A DNA stretch of 64,000 nt from Dehalococcoidia bacterium. Its GTDB lineage: Bacteria > Chloroflexota > Dehalococcoidia > Lucifugimonadales > UBA3495. The translations under genes and the position numbers were made by a program. The notes beneath the pieces are model-generated. The model had not been told where the DNA came from. It saw only the letters and a list, made by a program, of their open reading frames with translations, and did not search any database. The stretch spans positions 44,195 to 108,194 of the forward strand of contig JAKUNK010000008.1 of the NCBI GenBank assembly GCA_022451945.1, written 5' to 3'. This document shows positions 47,338 to 57,707 of the stretch, piece after piece (position 1 is the stretch's first letter; each line of letters begins with the position of its first letter).

Positions 47338-49584
47338 ATGGCTACAAGCTCCGGATTATTGGAAGGACTCAACCCTGCGCAGAAGGATGCCGTAGAGACT
47401 GTCGACGGCCCACTTCTCATCGTAGCTGGCCCCGGCAGTGGCAAGACCAGGGTCATCACCCACCGAATCGCCTACCTGGTGCGCGAATATGGGGTAAAGC
47501 CATACAACATCTTGGCCATGACCTTCACGAATAAGGCCGCCAGGGAGATGCGCGATCGGCTCGACAGACTGGTGGGCTCCCGCAGCGATGCCCTTACCGT
47601 GGGCACATTCCACTCGTTCTGCGCCAAACTATTGCGCATAGAAGGCCATCATCTGGGTCTGGAGCCCAACTACACCATATACGACGCTGACGACCAAACC
47701 ACGATCATCAAGCAGTCAATGGAATTGGCGGAGGTCGATCCCAAACGCAACTCGCCCCGCGCCGTCCTCAGCACCATCTCCAAAGCCAAAAACATGTTGT
47801 GGGACTCGCAGACGATGCTCAGGAACGCTGTCGACAACTACTTTGAGGAGACCTGCGCCCGCATCTACCACCACTACGAAGAAATCCTGACCCGCAACAA
47901 CTCCCTCGACTTCGACGACCTGTTGATGAAGTCGGTCCAGCTTTTGCAGGAGTTCCCAGAGGTCAGGCGGAAGTACCAGGAACGATATCAATACATCATG
48001 GTGGACGAGTTCCAAGACACTAACATCTCCCAGTACCAACTGGCGCGATACCTAGGTGAGTCGCACCAGAACGTCTGCGTGGTAGGAGACCCCGACCAGT
48101 CGATCTATTCATGGCGCAGCGCAGACATCCGCAACATCCTGAGCTTTCAGAATGATTACCCCAAGGCCAAGACTATCGCTCTAGACCAGAATTACCGTTC
48201 CACCGCCACCATCCTGGACGCCGCTAAGAACCTAATTTCCATCAACGGCCTGCGAATCCAGAAGGACTTGTTCACCGACAACTCAAAAGGAGAACTAGTG
48301 GAGGTTCGGGAGGCGTACGACGAAGGAGAGGAAGCGTCGTTCGTCATCGCCGAAGCTGAACGGCTGGTTCGGGAGAAAGGGTTCAACGCCGGCGACTGCG
48401 CTGTCATGTACCGAATCAACGCCCAGTCTCGGGCCCTTGAGGAAGCCTGCCTGCACAAGGGCACCAAATACCGGTTAGTCGGCGGCATCCGCTTCTACAA
48501 ACGCCGCGAGGTCAAAGACCTGATGGCCTACCTGCACATGGTTCACAACCCGTTGGACGATGTGAACGTTGGCCGGGTGATAAACGTCCCTCCTAGGGGC
48601 GTCGGGGCCAAGTCCATGCAGCAACTGGCCGACTGGGCACGCAACCGCGGCATGGCCTTGTTTTCGGCCATGCAAGAGATTGCCGCTGCCCGGCTAGCCG
48701 ACGAGGATTGCCCGGTTGCCATCACCAAGAAGGCCGCCACGTCACTGGCCGACTTCGCTGTGTTGATGGAGAATCTAATCGAACTCAGCAAGCGTACTCC
48801 AGTGGTAGACCTAGTGGACAGAGTGGTCGAAGACACCGGCTTCCGGACATTCATCCAAAACGGCGAGGATCGCCCCCAGGAACGCTGGGAAAACATCATG
48901 GAGCTCCGCAACACGGCCCATGAGTTCAACGCCGAACCGCCACCCGATGGCCTGGCCACCCTGTTAGAACGCCTGGCTTTAGTGGCTGACGTGGACAGCT
49001 ACGAAGACGCCGAAGACTCCATAACATTGATTACTCTGCACCAAGCAAAGGGACTGGAGTTTCCAGTGGTGTTCATAGTAGGAATGGAAGAAGGCCTGCT
49101 GCCCCACAGCCGGTCTCTGGACGACGAAGACCAACTTGAAGAAGAACGGCGGCTATGCTATGTGGGTATGACGCGGGCCGAGAAGCGCCTCTACCTGACC
49201 CGAGCCTTCCGCCGGTCCATCTTCGGTGCCACTCGGCCCGGAGAGGCTTCCCGGTTCCTTCGCGACATCCCGGTGGAACTTATCTCATCAGGCAACAACC
49301 AGAGCAACGGAGGGATGGACAAACCGGGCGAAGGTTCCCGGACCAAGCGTCCCAGCTGGAACGATTGGCAGGCCCCCACGCCAGTCATCAACCGAGCCCA
49401 AGGCGCCACAGCTAAACCAAACCTGCAAGTGGGAGACTCCGTGCGCCACAACGCCTTCGGTGAGGGCGTCGTCACCGGCCTAGAGATAACAGCATCAGAC
49501 ACAGAGGTAACCATAGAGTTCACCGGCGGAGTAGGCCAAAAGCGCCTACTCCTAAGCTTCGCTCCTTTAGAAAAAGTCAGGTAG
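47338..49584 (+). CDS. pcrA: ATP-dependent DNA helicase PcrA/UvrD (SF1)
   Basis: ORF from 47317; ATG 47338 gives LLEGLNPAQ near the N-terminus. AGPGSGKT (Walker A), VDEFQDTN, TLHQAKGLEF and VGMTRA motifs. Confidence 0.92.
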   Translation: MATSSGLLEGLNPAQKDAVETVDGPLLIVAGPGSGKTRVITHRIAYLVREYGVKPYNILAMTFTNKAAREMRDRLDRLVGSRSDALTVGTFHSFCAKLLRIEGHHLGLEPNYTIYDADDQTTIIKQSMELAEVDPKRNSPRAVLSTISKAKNMLWDSQTMLRNAVDNYFEETCARIYHHYEEILTRNNSLDFDDLLMKSVQLLQEFPEVRRKYQERYQYIMVDEFQDTNISQYQLARYLGESHQNVCVVGDPDQSIYSWRSADIRNILSFQNDYPKAKTIALDQNYRSTATILDAAKNLISINGLRIQKDLFTDNSKGELVEVREAYDEGEEASFVIAEAERLVREKGFNAGDCAVMYRINAQSRALEEACLHKGTKYRLVGGIRFYKRREVKDLMAYLHMVHNPLDDVNVGRVINVPPRGVGAKSMQQLADWARNRGMALFSAMQEIAAARLADEDCPVAITKKAATSLADFAVLMENLIELSKRTPVVDLVDRVVEDTGFRTFIQNGEDRPQERWENIMELRNTAHEFNAEPPPDGLATLLERLALVADVDSYEDAEDSITLITLHQAKGLEFPVVFIVGMEEGLLPHSRSLDDEDQLEEERRLCYVGMTRAEKRLYLTRAFRRSIFGATRPGEASRFLRDIPVELISSGNNQSNGGMDKPGEGSRTKRPSWNDWQAPTPVINRAQGATAKPNLQVGDSVRHNAFGEGVVTGLEITASDTEVTIEFTGGVGQKRLLLSFAPLEKVR

Positions 49585-49877
49585 CCAACCAAACCGATCG
49601 GTCATTCCCGTGAAGGATGGGACGCAGGGACCCCAACCGGGGAATCAACAGTGGGATGCGGGCATGAACCCTCGCCTTGTATTCTTTCATTCTAATACCC
49701 AACCATCGGCCGAGATTCTCGAATGAGTCCGGCCTGTCGACGACACCTCTCCGCAATCCAATCAGTCCTAGGCAGCGCTCAATTAACCCCAGCCCGAGCC
49801 AGAATGGCAAGAATACGCTCTTCCCTCAGTCATCCAACGACTGCTGATCACTAATTGCCATAAACAATCCAAACAGA

Positions 49878-50963
49878 ATGGAGCAACACGTAACGATGGC
49901 CAACAACCTAGATTCCCTCCAGTCTTCTAGAACAAACATCCCAGACTCTCAGCGCGCTGTCCAGGACTACCTCTGGGAGCAGGGCTGGACCGACGGTTTA
50001 CCTGTTATCGCGCCCACCGAGCCTCTGGTCCGCGAGATGCTATCCGGCTACGGCGGTCAGCCCCAAGACTCTCTAGGCCGCATCCAGCCGGGCAACTCCA
50101 ACGTCACCTTGGAAAAACTAGCTGTGAACGCCGTGCTTGCTGGCTGCCTCCCGGATCACTTCCCCGTAGTGGTAGCAGCCATGAAAGCTGCCCTACGGGA
50201 CGAGTTCAATCTAGCTGGCAACGCCGTCACCACCGGAGGCGCGGGGCAAGTGCTAATAGTCAATGGCCCTATTGCGAAAAAACTGAACATTAACGGTGAC
50301 GCTGCCTGCTTCGGGCCGGGCTTTCGAGCTAACGCCGCCATTGGCCGTGCGCTGCGGCTAGCCATCCGGAACCTAGGCGGACTGATTCCAGGAGATATGG
50401 ACAAGGCCACCCTTTCTACACCCTACCGCTACAGCTTCTGTTTCAGCGAGAACGAAGACCTCAGCCCTTGGGAGCCACGGCATGTGGAATTGGGCTACGA
50501 ACCCTCTGCTAGCACTGTGACCATAGCCGCCATCCTGGGCGTCTACAATGTCATGGAAAGCACAGTGGGCACGGGAATCGAGGTATTGCGAACCATCGCC
50601 GGCAACATGCGCGGCATAGGCATCCCCGGCTACTATCACCTCGGCACACGCTCCCAGATCGTGCTGGTACTCTGCCCCGAGCACGCCGCCGAAGCCGCCA
50701 AGTCGGGTCTATCGAAAGCGGACGTCCGAGAGTACATCTACGCAAATGCCCGTATGCCCGTCCACAAGCTGAAAGACCTGGCCCACTACGGAAACCGAGT
50801 CTGGCCTAATTGGATTGACCAGACCAACGCCGATTCTCTGGTCCCTATTTGCTCGTCTCCGAAAGACATAGTGGTAATAGTAGCCGGCGGTGGAGGCCGC
50901 CATTCAGCCTGGATGTCCGGTTGGGTGACGCGGGTTTGCACGGAGGAGGTGGTGGCGAAATAG
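49878..50963 (+). CDS. conserved hypothetical protein (GWTDGLPVIAPT motif)
   Basis: 361-aa ORF with coding-like composition. No family name recognised. Confidence 0.6.
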   Translation: MEQHVTMANNLDSLQSSRTNIPDSQRAVQDYLWEQGWTDGLPVIAPTEPLVREMLSGYGGQPQDSLGRIQPGNSNVTLEKLAVNAVLAGCLPDHFPVVVAAMKAALRDEFNLAGNAVTTGGAGQVLIVNGPIAKKLNINGDAACFGPGFRANAAIGRALRLAIRNLGGLIPGDMDKATLSTPYRYSFCFSENEDLSPWEPRHVELGYEPSASTVTIAAILGVYNVMESTVGTGIEVLRTIAGNMRGIGIPGYYHLGTRSQIVLVLCPEHAAEAAKSGLSKADVREYIYANARMPVHKLKDLAHYGNRVWPNWIDQTNADSLVPICSSPKDIVVIVAGGGGRHSAWMSGWVTRVCTEEVVAK

Positions 50964-51101
50964 GGTTCAGTCCGTCCCAAGGTATGCAAAGCGTTTAGGG
51001 GAACCCAATACCCCTACCATTTGACACCGCACCTGCCCTTCCGCGATGATACCCACGCTCACAAGAAACGAATTTATTGAACCCATAGGAGGCGCTTGCA
51101 G

Positions 51102-52196
51102 ATGGTTAAGGCCGCCGTGTTGTATGAACAAAGGAAACCTTTGGTTGTTGAAGACTTGGAGCTGGACGACCCTAAAGACCACGAGGTCTTGATCAAGGTC
51201 GGCGCGGCCGGCATTTGCCGCAGTGACAGACACTATATGCACGGGGATGCCCCAACGGCTCTTCCCGTGGTTCTAGGCCATGAAGGCGCGGGCACCGTCG
51301 AAGCTGTCGGTCCAGGCGTGACTTCGGTCCGGCCCGGACAGCAGGTCATCCTATCGTTCGTCTCTTCGTGCGGCCGATGCAAGAGTTGCATCACCGGAAA
51401 CTCCCACTTGTGCGACGCACACGCAGCGGCTGGCGCATTCATGTTCGACGGCACCACTCGTCTACACAAGGGCGACACTCGAATCCATCACTTTGGTAAG
51501 ACCGCATTATTCGCCGAACACACAGTCGTCCCAGAAGCCGCCGTAGTGCCAATCGACGCCAACATCGGTATGGACGTAGCCGCCCTCATCGGCTGCTGCG
51601 TACCAACGGGCGTCGGCGCGGTAACCGCCAGTGCCAACGTGCAGCCCGGCAGCACCGTGGCAGTTATCGGTTGTGGTGGCGTGGGCCTTAACGTAATTAT
51701 GGGGGCAGCTCTGGTCAACGCCAGCAAAATCATCGCCGTGGACATCGGAGAGGCTCAGCTCGAGTTCGCCATGAAGTTCGGCGCGACCCACACGGTCAAC
51801 GCCTCGGACAAAGACCCGGTGGCCCAAGTCAGGGAGCTGACGGATGGCAAAGGTGCCGACTACACTTTCGAGGTTTTCGGCTCAGCCGACACAACCAAAG
51901 CGGCTTACGACATGGCGGGCAAAAGTGGCACTGTTACCATCGTGGGCATCGCCCCGGTAGGCGCGGAGGCAGGGATCAACGCGGTGGACATGGTTCGGAA
52001 CGAGAAAACCATGCGCGGCACCTACTACGGCTCCACCCACGCCAGTGTGGACATGCCCAAGCTACTTGATATGTACCGAGCCGGCAAGCTAAATCTGGAT
52101 GACTTGGTGGTGCGCCACTATTCCCTCGACCAGGTCAACGAAGCCTACGACGACATGGACAAAGGCGAAGTAGGTCGCGGCGTAATCATCTATTAA
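51102..52196 (+). CDS. zinc-dependent alcohol dehydrogenase (MDR family, class III-like)
   Basis: ATG 51102 lies 9 nt after AGGAGG at 51087-51092 (364 aa). GICRSDRH, GHEGAGTVEAVG, CGRCKSC and GCGGVGL motifs. Confidence 0.9.
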   Translation: MVKAAVLYEQRKPLVVEDLELDDPKDHEVLIKVGAAGICRSDRHYMHGDAPTALPVVLGHEGAGTVEAVGPGVTSVRPGQQVILSFVSSCGRCKSCITGNSHLCDAHAAAGAFMFDGTTRLHKGDTRIHHFGKTALFAEHTVVPEAAVVPIDANIGMDVAALIGCCVPTGVGAVTASANVQPGSTVAVIGCGGVGLNVIMGAALVNASKIIAVDIGEAQLEFAMKFGATHTVNASDKDPVAQVRELTDGKGADYTFEVFGSADTTKAAYDMAGKSGTVTIVGIAPVGAEAGINAVDMVRNEKTMRGTYYGSTHASVDMPKLLDMYRAGKLNLDDLVVRHYSLDQVNEAYDDMDKGEVGRGVIIY

Positions 52197-52210
52197 GCAA
52201 TAAGCTGACA

Positions 52211-52660
52211 ATGGAAGACCTGACCATAAAACTGGTGGATACTGAAACGGAGATGGAAGGGGCATTGGGAGTGAGGTTCCGAGTGTTCGTGTCGGAGCAG
52301 CAAGTGCCGATGGAAGAGGAGCTGGACGAGATCGACGCTTCCGCCACCCACGCCATAGCCATTCATAACGGTCAGGTCATAGCCACTGGCCGGGTGTTCT
52401 ATCGGGACGAAGACAGCGCCGCCCGCATCGGCCGCATGGCCGTGGACTCTGATTGGCGCCGCCATGGAATCGGGGGACGGCTACTGAAGTTCCTCGAGCA
52501 AGAGGCCACGAAACAAGGCGTCACCACCTACATCCTTAACGCTCAAGTTTACGTCAAGGACTTCTACGCGGCCAACGGCTACGAGGAACGAGGCGAAGAA
52601 TTCCTCGAAGCAGACATCGTCCACATCCTCATGCGAAAACAAGCTGCAAGTCCCGATTGA
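52211..52660 (+). CDS. GNAT-family N-acetyltransferase
   Basis: 149 aa. RIGRMAVDSDWRRHGIGGRLL acetyl-CoA-binding motif. Confidence 0.85.
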   Translation: MEDLTIKLVDTETEMEGALGVRFRVFVSEQQVPMEEELDEIDASATHAIAIHNGQVIATGRVFYRDEDSAARIGRMAVDSDWRRHGIGGRLLKFLEQEATKQGVTTYILNAQVYVKDFYAANGYEERGEEFLEADIVHILMRKQAASPD

Positions 52661-52727
52661 TGAGATTGGTCAGCTAAAATCTCATCAACTATTTAGTCGA
52701 AAGGTGCGGAATTTTAGCTGTCGGCCG

Positions 52728-53027
52728 CTAGGCTGCCAACTTTCCTTGTTCTAAGCTTTGAATATCCATCTTGGCTATGTGTTCGCCAGGCTGGCTTCCC
52801 AGGGATTTGAAGCCATCGGACTCGCGGAATGCGGCCTCTTTGGCGGGAACATCGTCACCGTCGGCGAATCGTCGAACCCAGATGAACTGGTTGTGGTCGG
52901 CATTAACCCATGTAGCAACTACAGGGATTCCCATCGCTTCGTGAGCCGGTTTGATGCCGGTCTCGAACAGTTTCACCCAAGAGTCCATCATTCCTTTGTT
53001 GATGGTGTAACTTCGCATCTGGTCCAT
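52728..53027 (-). CDS. NIPSNAP-family small alpha/beta protein
   Basis: 99 aa. YTINKGMMDSW N-terminus. Paralogue of 53169..53480. Confidence 0.65.
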   Translation of the reverse strand: MDQMRSYTINKGMMDSWVKLFETGIKPAHEAMGIPVVATWVNADHNQFIWVRRFADGDDVPAKEAAFRESDGFKSLGSQPGEHIAKMDIQSLEQGKLAA

Positions 53028-53168
53028 AATTAGTCTCCTTCATTAAGCTAATGGCTATCAGCATCCAGCTGCCAACTTATTTCACCTAACCCGTCCGCAA
53101 TCAGATATTTGATCTACGATCCAGGTAATCAATCAGCATCCGCGACGCAGTTGGATATTGTCAGCTAT

Positions 53169-53480
53169 CTAGGCCGCTTTCGCGGTCCGAAGCACTTCTT
53201 CCACCAACTTCACTTCCATCTTGGCGATGTGGTTGGTAGGTTTGTCTCCCAGCGCCTTACGTCCCGGAGACGCGAAGTAGGCCTTCTCTTTCTCTGGAAT
53301 CTCTTCCGCGGTCTCAAAGGTCCGTACCCAGACGAAATCCGTCCGGTCAGGGCTCACATAGGTGGCCACAATGGGAATCCCCAAGCCCTCGTGAACGGGG
53401 CGAATTTCCTTGTCGAATAACTCCAACCAAGAGTCCATCATTCCCTTATTGATAGTGTAAGTACGAATCTGTGCAACCAT
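53169..53480 (-). CDS. NIPSNAP-family small alpha/beta protein (tandem paralogue)
   Basis: 103 aa. YTINKGMMDSW, GIP-VAT-V and HIAKM- blocks shared with 52728..53027. Confidence 0.65.
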   Translation of the reverse strand: MVAQIRTYTINKGMMDSWLELFDKEIRPVHEGLGIPIVATYVSPDRTDFVWVRTFETAEEIPEKEKAYFASPGRKALGDKPTNHIAKMEVKLVEEVLRTAKAA

Positions 53481-53508
53481 TAATTCCTCCTAAAGTTGTT
53501 ATCAGCTG

Positions 53509-54609
53509 TTAGCTGACGGCATATCGCGTGATAACGCTTTCATCAAACTTCAAACCAAGGCCTGGCTTGTCCGGAACCTCCAGGCAACCGTCCACAAGCT
53601 TGGGAGTCTCTTCAAACAGCTTGAGCGTCCAAGGCATGTATTCCACTGTCAACCCATTAGGGATGGCGCCCATCAGTTGGATGTGTATCTCAGGGACCAG
53701 GTGACTCACCACCGGTAAGTTGAAGGCCTCAGCCATGCCTGCTACTTTGCGCCACTCGGTAATACCGCCAACACGCAGAAGGTCAACCATCACGATGTCT
53801 ATAGAGCGGTTCTCTATCAGTTGCCTGAATGGATTTATCCCGTAGACGTACTCTCCTGCCGCTATGGGGGTGTTCAGGGCGTCGGCCACCCGAGCTAAGC
53901 CCTGGTAGTCATCGTGGGCGACGACATCCTCCAGCCAGAAGAGGTTGTACTCTTCAACCCGGCTGCCAATGGTGATGGCCTGGTTCACGTTCCACATCTG
54001 GTTAATATCACACATGATGTCGATGTCGTCGCCCACGGCCTCCCGAAGAGTCCGCATGCGCATCACCTCTTTGGCAGGAGTGTCCTCAGCACCCATCTGT
54101 GACTTCATCTGCTTGAAGCCTTTTTGTACGAGTGCAGGTCCTATTTCGGCCAACTGCTCTAAGTTCATTGGTCGCATCAGCGCGCCGCTGGCATATGTGG
54201 GAACCCGCTTACGATATCCGCCCAGAAGCGAACACACTGACTGGTTCAACGCTTTCCCTTTGATATCCCACAACGCCATATCCACCGCGGAAAGAGCAAG
54301 GGTAAGCATCCCACCAGGGCCCGAGCCATTAGTCTTGTCGCGCAGGCCTTGCATCACGGCCTCGATCTCCATCGGGTCTTCGCCTTCTGTGAGTTCGCAA
54401 AGAGCCTCTACCATGGTCTTGAGCGACGGAGCCAGAGGGCTTAGTCCCAAGCCAGGTGCGAATGTCAGGCCGATGCCTTCTATGCCCTCGTCGGTCATCA
54501 TCTTGAGGGTTACGAAGGCGCGTAGACCCCCGGCCTGAGGCTGAACATCAACCAACTGTTCATCGCCAGGGGAGTGCAGTAACTGGACCTGTGATTTGGT
54601 GATCTTCAT
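53509..54609 (-). CDS. enolase-superfamily enzyme (mandelate racemase / muconate lactonizing family)
   Basis: 366 aa. FKQMKSQMG, MCDINQMW, FWLEDV and AAGEY metal-ligand/acid-base positions. Confidence 0.85.
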   Translation of the reverse strand: MKITKSQVQLLHSPGDEQLVDVQPQAGGLRAFVTLKMMTDEGIEGIGLTFAPGLGLSPLAPSLKTMVEALCELTEGEDPMEIEAVMQGLRDKTNGSGPGGMLTLALSAVDMALWDIKGKALNQSVCSLLGGYRKRVPTYASGALMRPMNLEQLAEIGPALVQKGFKQMKSQMGAEDTPAKEVMRMRTLREAVGDDIDIMCDINQMWNVNQAITIGSRVEEYNLFWLEDVVAHDDYQGLARVADALNTPIAAGEYVYGINPFRQLIENRSIDIVMVDLLRVGGITEWRKVAGMAEAFNLPVVSHLVPEIHIQLMGAIPNGLTVEYMPWTLKLFEETPKLVDGCLEVPDKPGLGLKFDESVITRYAVS

Positions 54610-54934
54610 TTAAATTCTTCTCGAGTGAACACCGGATACCTGAAAGGCCCGATTTTACCACAATCGATATACGAATTTACCCGAACCTGATCACAAAGCT
54701 TGACAGCCAGAAGAGTTTGGATTCTCATACTTCAAAAGCGGATGTATTGAATTAGGTTAGTGTTAATGATTAATATCATAGCCGCGGTAGATGTTTGTAA
54801 ACACGAGTTGCCGACTGCCACGGACTGAGGAAACCTCCAGCTAAATGGCTCGATATGAGAGGAATACCGAGATTAAGGGTTTTTAAGGACTATAGTAGAC
54901 ATCAAGCATACAAATCTATTCAGGGAGGGCAACA

Positions 54935-55747
54935 ATGTCCACTGAACAAGAACAGATAAAAGAGCTGGTAAAGGAGCGCTATGGCGCACGTGCCGACCGG
55001 GTGATAAACCTAACCCCAGCCGAACTGGAACATGAACACGATGAAGGCTGCGGTTGTTCAACTGACACTGTTTGTTGCGGGCCCACTGATCTAGACCACG
55101 CCATGATCCTCTACAGTGACGGTCAACTGTCCGGACTGCCAGTGGAGTCCGTCGCCGCATCCGCTGGCTGCGGCAACCCCACAGCCCTAGCCGGGCTAAA
55201 GCCTGGAGAGAAAGTGCTTGACCTGGGATCAGGCGGCGGTATTGATTGTTTCCTGGCTGCCCAGCAAGTTGGCGAAGCCGGCCAGGTAACCGGACTGGAC
55301 ATGACTCCGTCCATGCTAGAACTAGCCCGCGAGAACAAGTCCAAGCTGGGCATCGAGAACGTAGAATTCGTTCAAGGTGAGATGGAGAACATGCCCATAC
55401 CTAACTCCAGCGTAGACGTAATCATATCTAATTGCGTGGTGTGCCTATCCCCAGACAAGGACGCCGTATTCGAAGAAAGTTTCCGAGTATTGTCACCCGG
55501 CGGGCGAATCCATCTCTCTGATGTAATGGCCCTCACCGACGATGGCCCCAGCGTATCCTCATCCGATGACTGGGTGTCCTGCACTGCCGGAGCCGAGCAT
55601 ATGGATGTATACCGCGACCGGCTGATCCGCGCAGGGTTCACAGACATCGAGTTCACCAGCGAGCAAATAGATTACATGAAAGACCGTGCCGAGCGGCCAT
55701 CCACCAATACCGCCGGCTACAAAATAGTGGCCCACAAGCCCACCTAG
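54935..55747 (+). CDS. arsM: SAM-dependent methyltransferase, arsenite methyltransferase-like
   Basis: 270 aa. [16 protein letters not shown] (SAM motif I) and ISNCVVCLS Cys positions. Cys-rich N-terminal [11 protein letters not shown]. Confidence 0.65.
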   Translation: MSTEQEQIKELVKERYGARADRVINLTPAELEHEHDEGCGCSTDTVCCGPTDLDHAMILYSDGQLSGLPVESVAASAGCGNPTALAGLKPGEKVLDLGSGGGIDCFLAAQQVGEAGQVTGLDMTPSMLELARENKSKLGIENVEFVQGEMENMPIPNSSVDVIISNCVVCLSPDKDAVFEESFRVLSPGGRIHLSDVMALTDDGPSVSSSDDWVSCTAGAEHMDVYRDRLIRAGFTDIEFTSEQIDYMKDRAERPSTNTAGYKIVAHKPT

Positions 55748-55773
55748 TACCCTCTTCGACCAAGGGATAAAAA

Positions 55774-55816
55774 GGGTGGTGTATCGAAACGATACACCAC
55801 CCTTTTCTGTTTTTTA
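55774..55816 (+). terminator. rho-independent terminator after the methyltransferase gene
   Basis: 13-bp perfect stem GGGTGGTGTATCG / CGATACACCACCC with an AAA loop, followed by TTTTCTGTTTTTT. Confidence 0.9.
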
Positions 55817-55975
55817 GTTTATCCGTACCCTCCATCATTGTAGGCAACCCTGGAATAATGGATCTAGTCTGCAACAACCCTTAGTTTGGGCGAGATCACT
55901 CGATTATTGCCGCCGTTGCAAAGACGACGGTGAGTCTCTGATCGTCTTCTCAGAGGCCGCGCCACAGGGATCCGG

Positions 55976-56689
55976 CTATCCAAACGGTATGCGCTTAAAC
56001 CCTTCCGCGTAGGCCATGCCTATCTTGGCACCAGTGCGGATACGGCCTTGCTGGAACCACTCGTCCGCGTTCTCTTGATCCACCTGAGAAACGTGGGCCT
56101 TCAGGGCTTTGATTGCAGTGTCCATGTACGCTTCCACATCCACGTAGTTGTCCGCATTATCGCCGCCCCCGGCAATCCAGACTTCACGAACTTTGTGTGG
56201 CTCCAGCCCTTCTTCTAAGAGTTCCGGAAAAGTGAGACGGTCACGGGCTGTTGGAAATATGGCCGATAGTGCGGCCTCGCCAGCCGCCAGATGATCTGGA
56301 TGGCTAACGTAATATCCACGTTCAACATCCCTGGCCGGGCTTCCCGTGATTACCACATCGGGTTTGTAGCGGCGAATCTCTCTTGCTATGTCTTTCCGTA
56401 ATTCCAGTGTCGGCTCTAGATAGGCGTCCGGGTAACCCAAGAAAACCACATCCTGCAGTCCCAAGACTTTGCCGGCATCCCTCTGCTCTCTCTCTCGTAT
56501 CTTGATCAGCTGTTCGCTAGTCATCTCTGGATCGGAACTGCCCTTGCTACCGTCGGTGCAAAGCACATAAACCACGTCCCAGCCTTCCGCACACCACTTA
56601 GCCACAGTCCCTGAACAGGTCCACTCAGCATCGTCAGGGTGGGCCATAATCACCATTCCTCTACGAAACGGCTCTTCATTTTCCGCCAT
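55976..56689 (-). CDS. PIG-L/LmbE-family N-acetylglucosaminyl deacetylase
   Basis: 237 aa. VIMAHPDDAE and HPDH motifs. Confidence 0.85.
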   Translation of the reverse strand: MAENEEPFRRGMVIMAHPDDAEWTCSGTVAKWCAEGWDVVYVLCTDGSKGSSDPEMTSEQLIKIREREQRDAGKVLGLQDVVFLGYPDAYLEPTLELRKDIAREIRRYKPDVVITGSPARDVERGYYVSHPDHLAAGEAALSAIFPTARDRLTFPELLEEGLEPHKVREVWIAGGGDNADNYVDVEAYMDTAIKALKAHVSQVDQENADEWFQQGRIRTGAKIGMAYAEGFKRIPFG

Positions 56690-56803
56690 GGAATATTCCT
56701 CCCAATTTGTCGGCCTAAGTCTTGCTCATCAGCTAAATTCAGGCTCGAAAATCAGTGTATCATAGCTAAATGTAAACCCAGGATCTCACTCAGAGGAGCC
56801 TTC

Positions 56804-57190
56804 ATGCCCACACTCTGGGCCCATACAGTAGAATTCGCCAACATATTGGTGGGCGACGACCTACCGATTCTGGTGAAATTCGACTTCCGACCGCCCGCTC
56901 AAGGCGGGGTTGAGCCACCTGCCGAAGAGCCGGTGGATGCTGACAGGTTAACCGCCTACGTCAAAGAACTGCTCTTCAAATCCTTTCCAACGGACATCGT
57001 GAACAGTGACGACACGGCTATAGAAACAGAAAGCTTGATCAAGTTCCTTCCCGGCGACACGGTCAGCATATGCGGTAAGGTGGCTAAGAAGTCAGAGGAA
57101 GGCGATAAGCAAATGGTGGAGTGCCAGGTGGTTATAGAGTCTCAAGATGGTGTCACCCTGGCCAACGCCAGGGCGATGGTCAGCTTCTAG
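56804..57190 (+). CDS. hot-dog-fold (MaoC-like) small protein
   Basis: ORF from 56639. ATG 56804 follows AGAGGAG (128 aa). C-terminal pattern PGDTVSICGKV...VECQVVIESQDGVTLANARAMV. Confidence 0.45.
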   Translation: MPTLWAHTVEFANILVGDDLPILVKFDFRPPAQGGVEPPAEEPVDADRLTAYVKELLFKSFPTDIVNSDDTAIETESLIKFLPGDTVSICGKVAKKSEEGDKQMVECQVVIESQDGVTLANARAMVSF

Positions 57191-57584
57191 TGCGAGGGTT
57201 TCTGCGGCGTCTTCTGGCGGATGGACGTGGAGGGACTCTCTCTTCCAACTCTCCCGTTTCCCGTTCGGCCGGTTCATCATCGTCAGCCATCCGTTGACGG
57301 TACACAGTCCACTGTACCTGAGTTACCAAAGTTAACAGCAACCCTGGTACGTAAAACGTGAAAATCGGCTGATAGATGCCGTCGCTCAGCCACCTAACAG
57401 CCATGACTCCGCCCACGATCAAAAATGCCCAGGCCACTCCTCCAAACATCACGTTGGTGTTCCAAGGAGACCTAATGGCCAGCAGCGACCCGGACGGCCA
57501 CAAGATGAACATCGGAATCATGAACTCAGGCCGGTAATACCAGGGCTTGGGAAAAGATGGGCCCTGCTCTTCTTTTTGCATCAA
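57180..57584 (-). CDS. hypothetical membrane protein with Arg-rich tail
   Basis: 134 aa. Three predicted hydrophobic helices and a C-terminal RRRRRNPRTRS. Confidence 0.5.
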   Translation of the reverse strand: MMQKEEQGPSFPKPWYYRPEFMIPMFILWPSGSLLAIRSPWNTNVMFGGVAWAFLIVGGVMAVRWLSDGIYQPIFTFYVPGLLLTLVTQVQWTVYRQRMADDDEPAERETGELEERVPPRPSARRRRRNPRTRS

Positions 57585-57678
57585 TTGATTGAGACCAGGC
57601 GTACTTGGATTTCAGCCCCATTTTAGCACCTGTATTTTCCCCGCGAAACACCGCTTTTCATCGTTGGCTCCGTCTCTA

Positions 57679-57707
57679 TTGACACCTATCTAACCCTTCA
57701 CGATAAT
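57679..57707 (+). promoter_or_regulatory. sigma-70-like promoter (TTGACA-17 nt-GATAAT)
   Basis: TTGACA at 57679-57684, a 17-nt spacer and GATAAT at 57702-57707. About 260 nt upstream of the rhodanese start. Confidence 0.5.

Noticed and set aside
49577-49877. A second minus-strand frame with an in-frame TGA: MAISDQQSLDD-TGA-GKSVFLPFWLGLGLIERC...
   Set aside because: The only hairpin starts immediately at the TGA, so it lacks SECIS-like spacing. There is no Cys/redox motif around the TGA. The downstream translation is low-complexity (L/G/R-rich) and its end overlaps pcrA. It is most likely non-coding.
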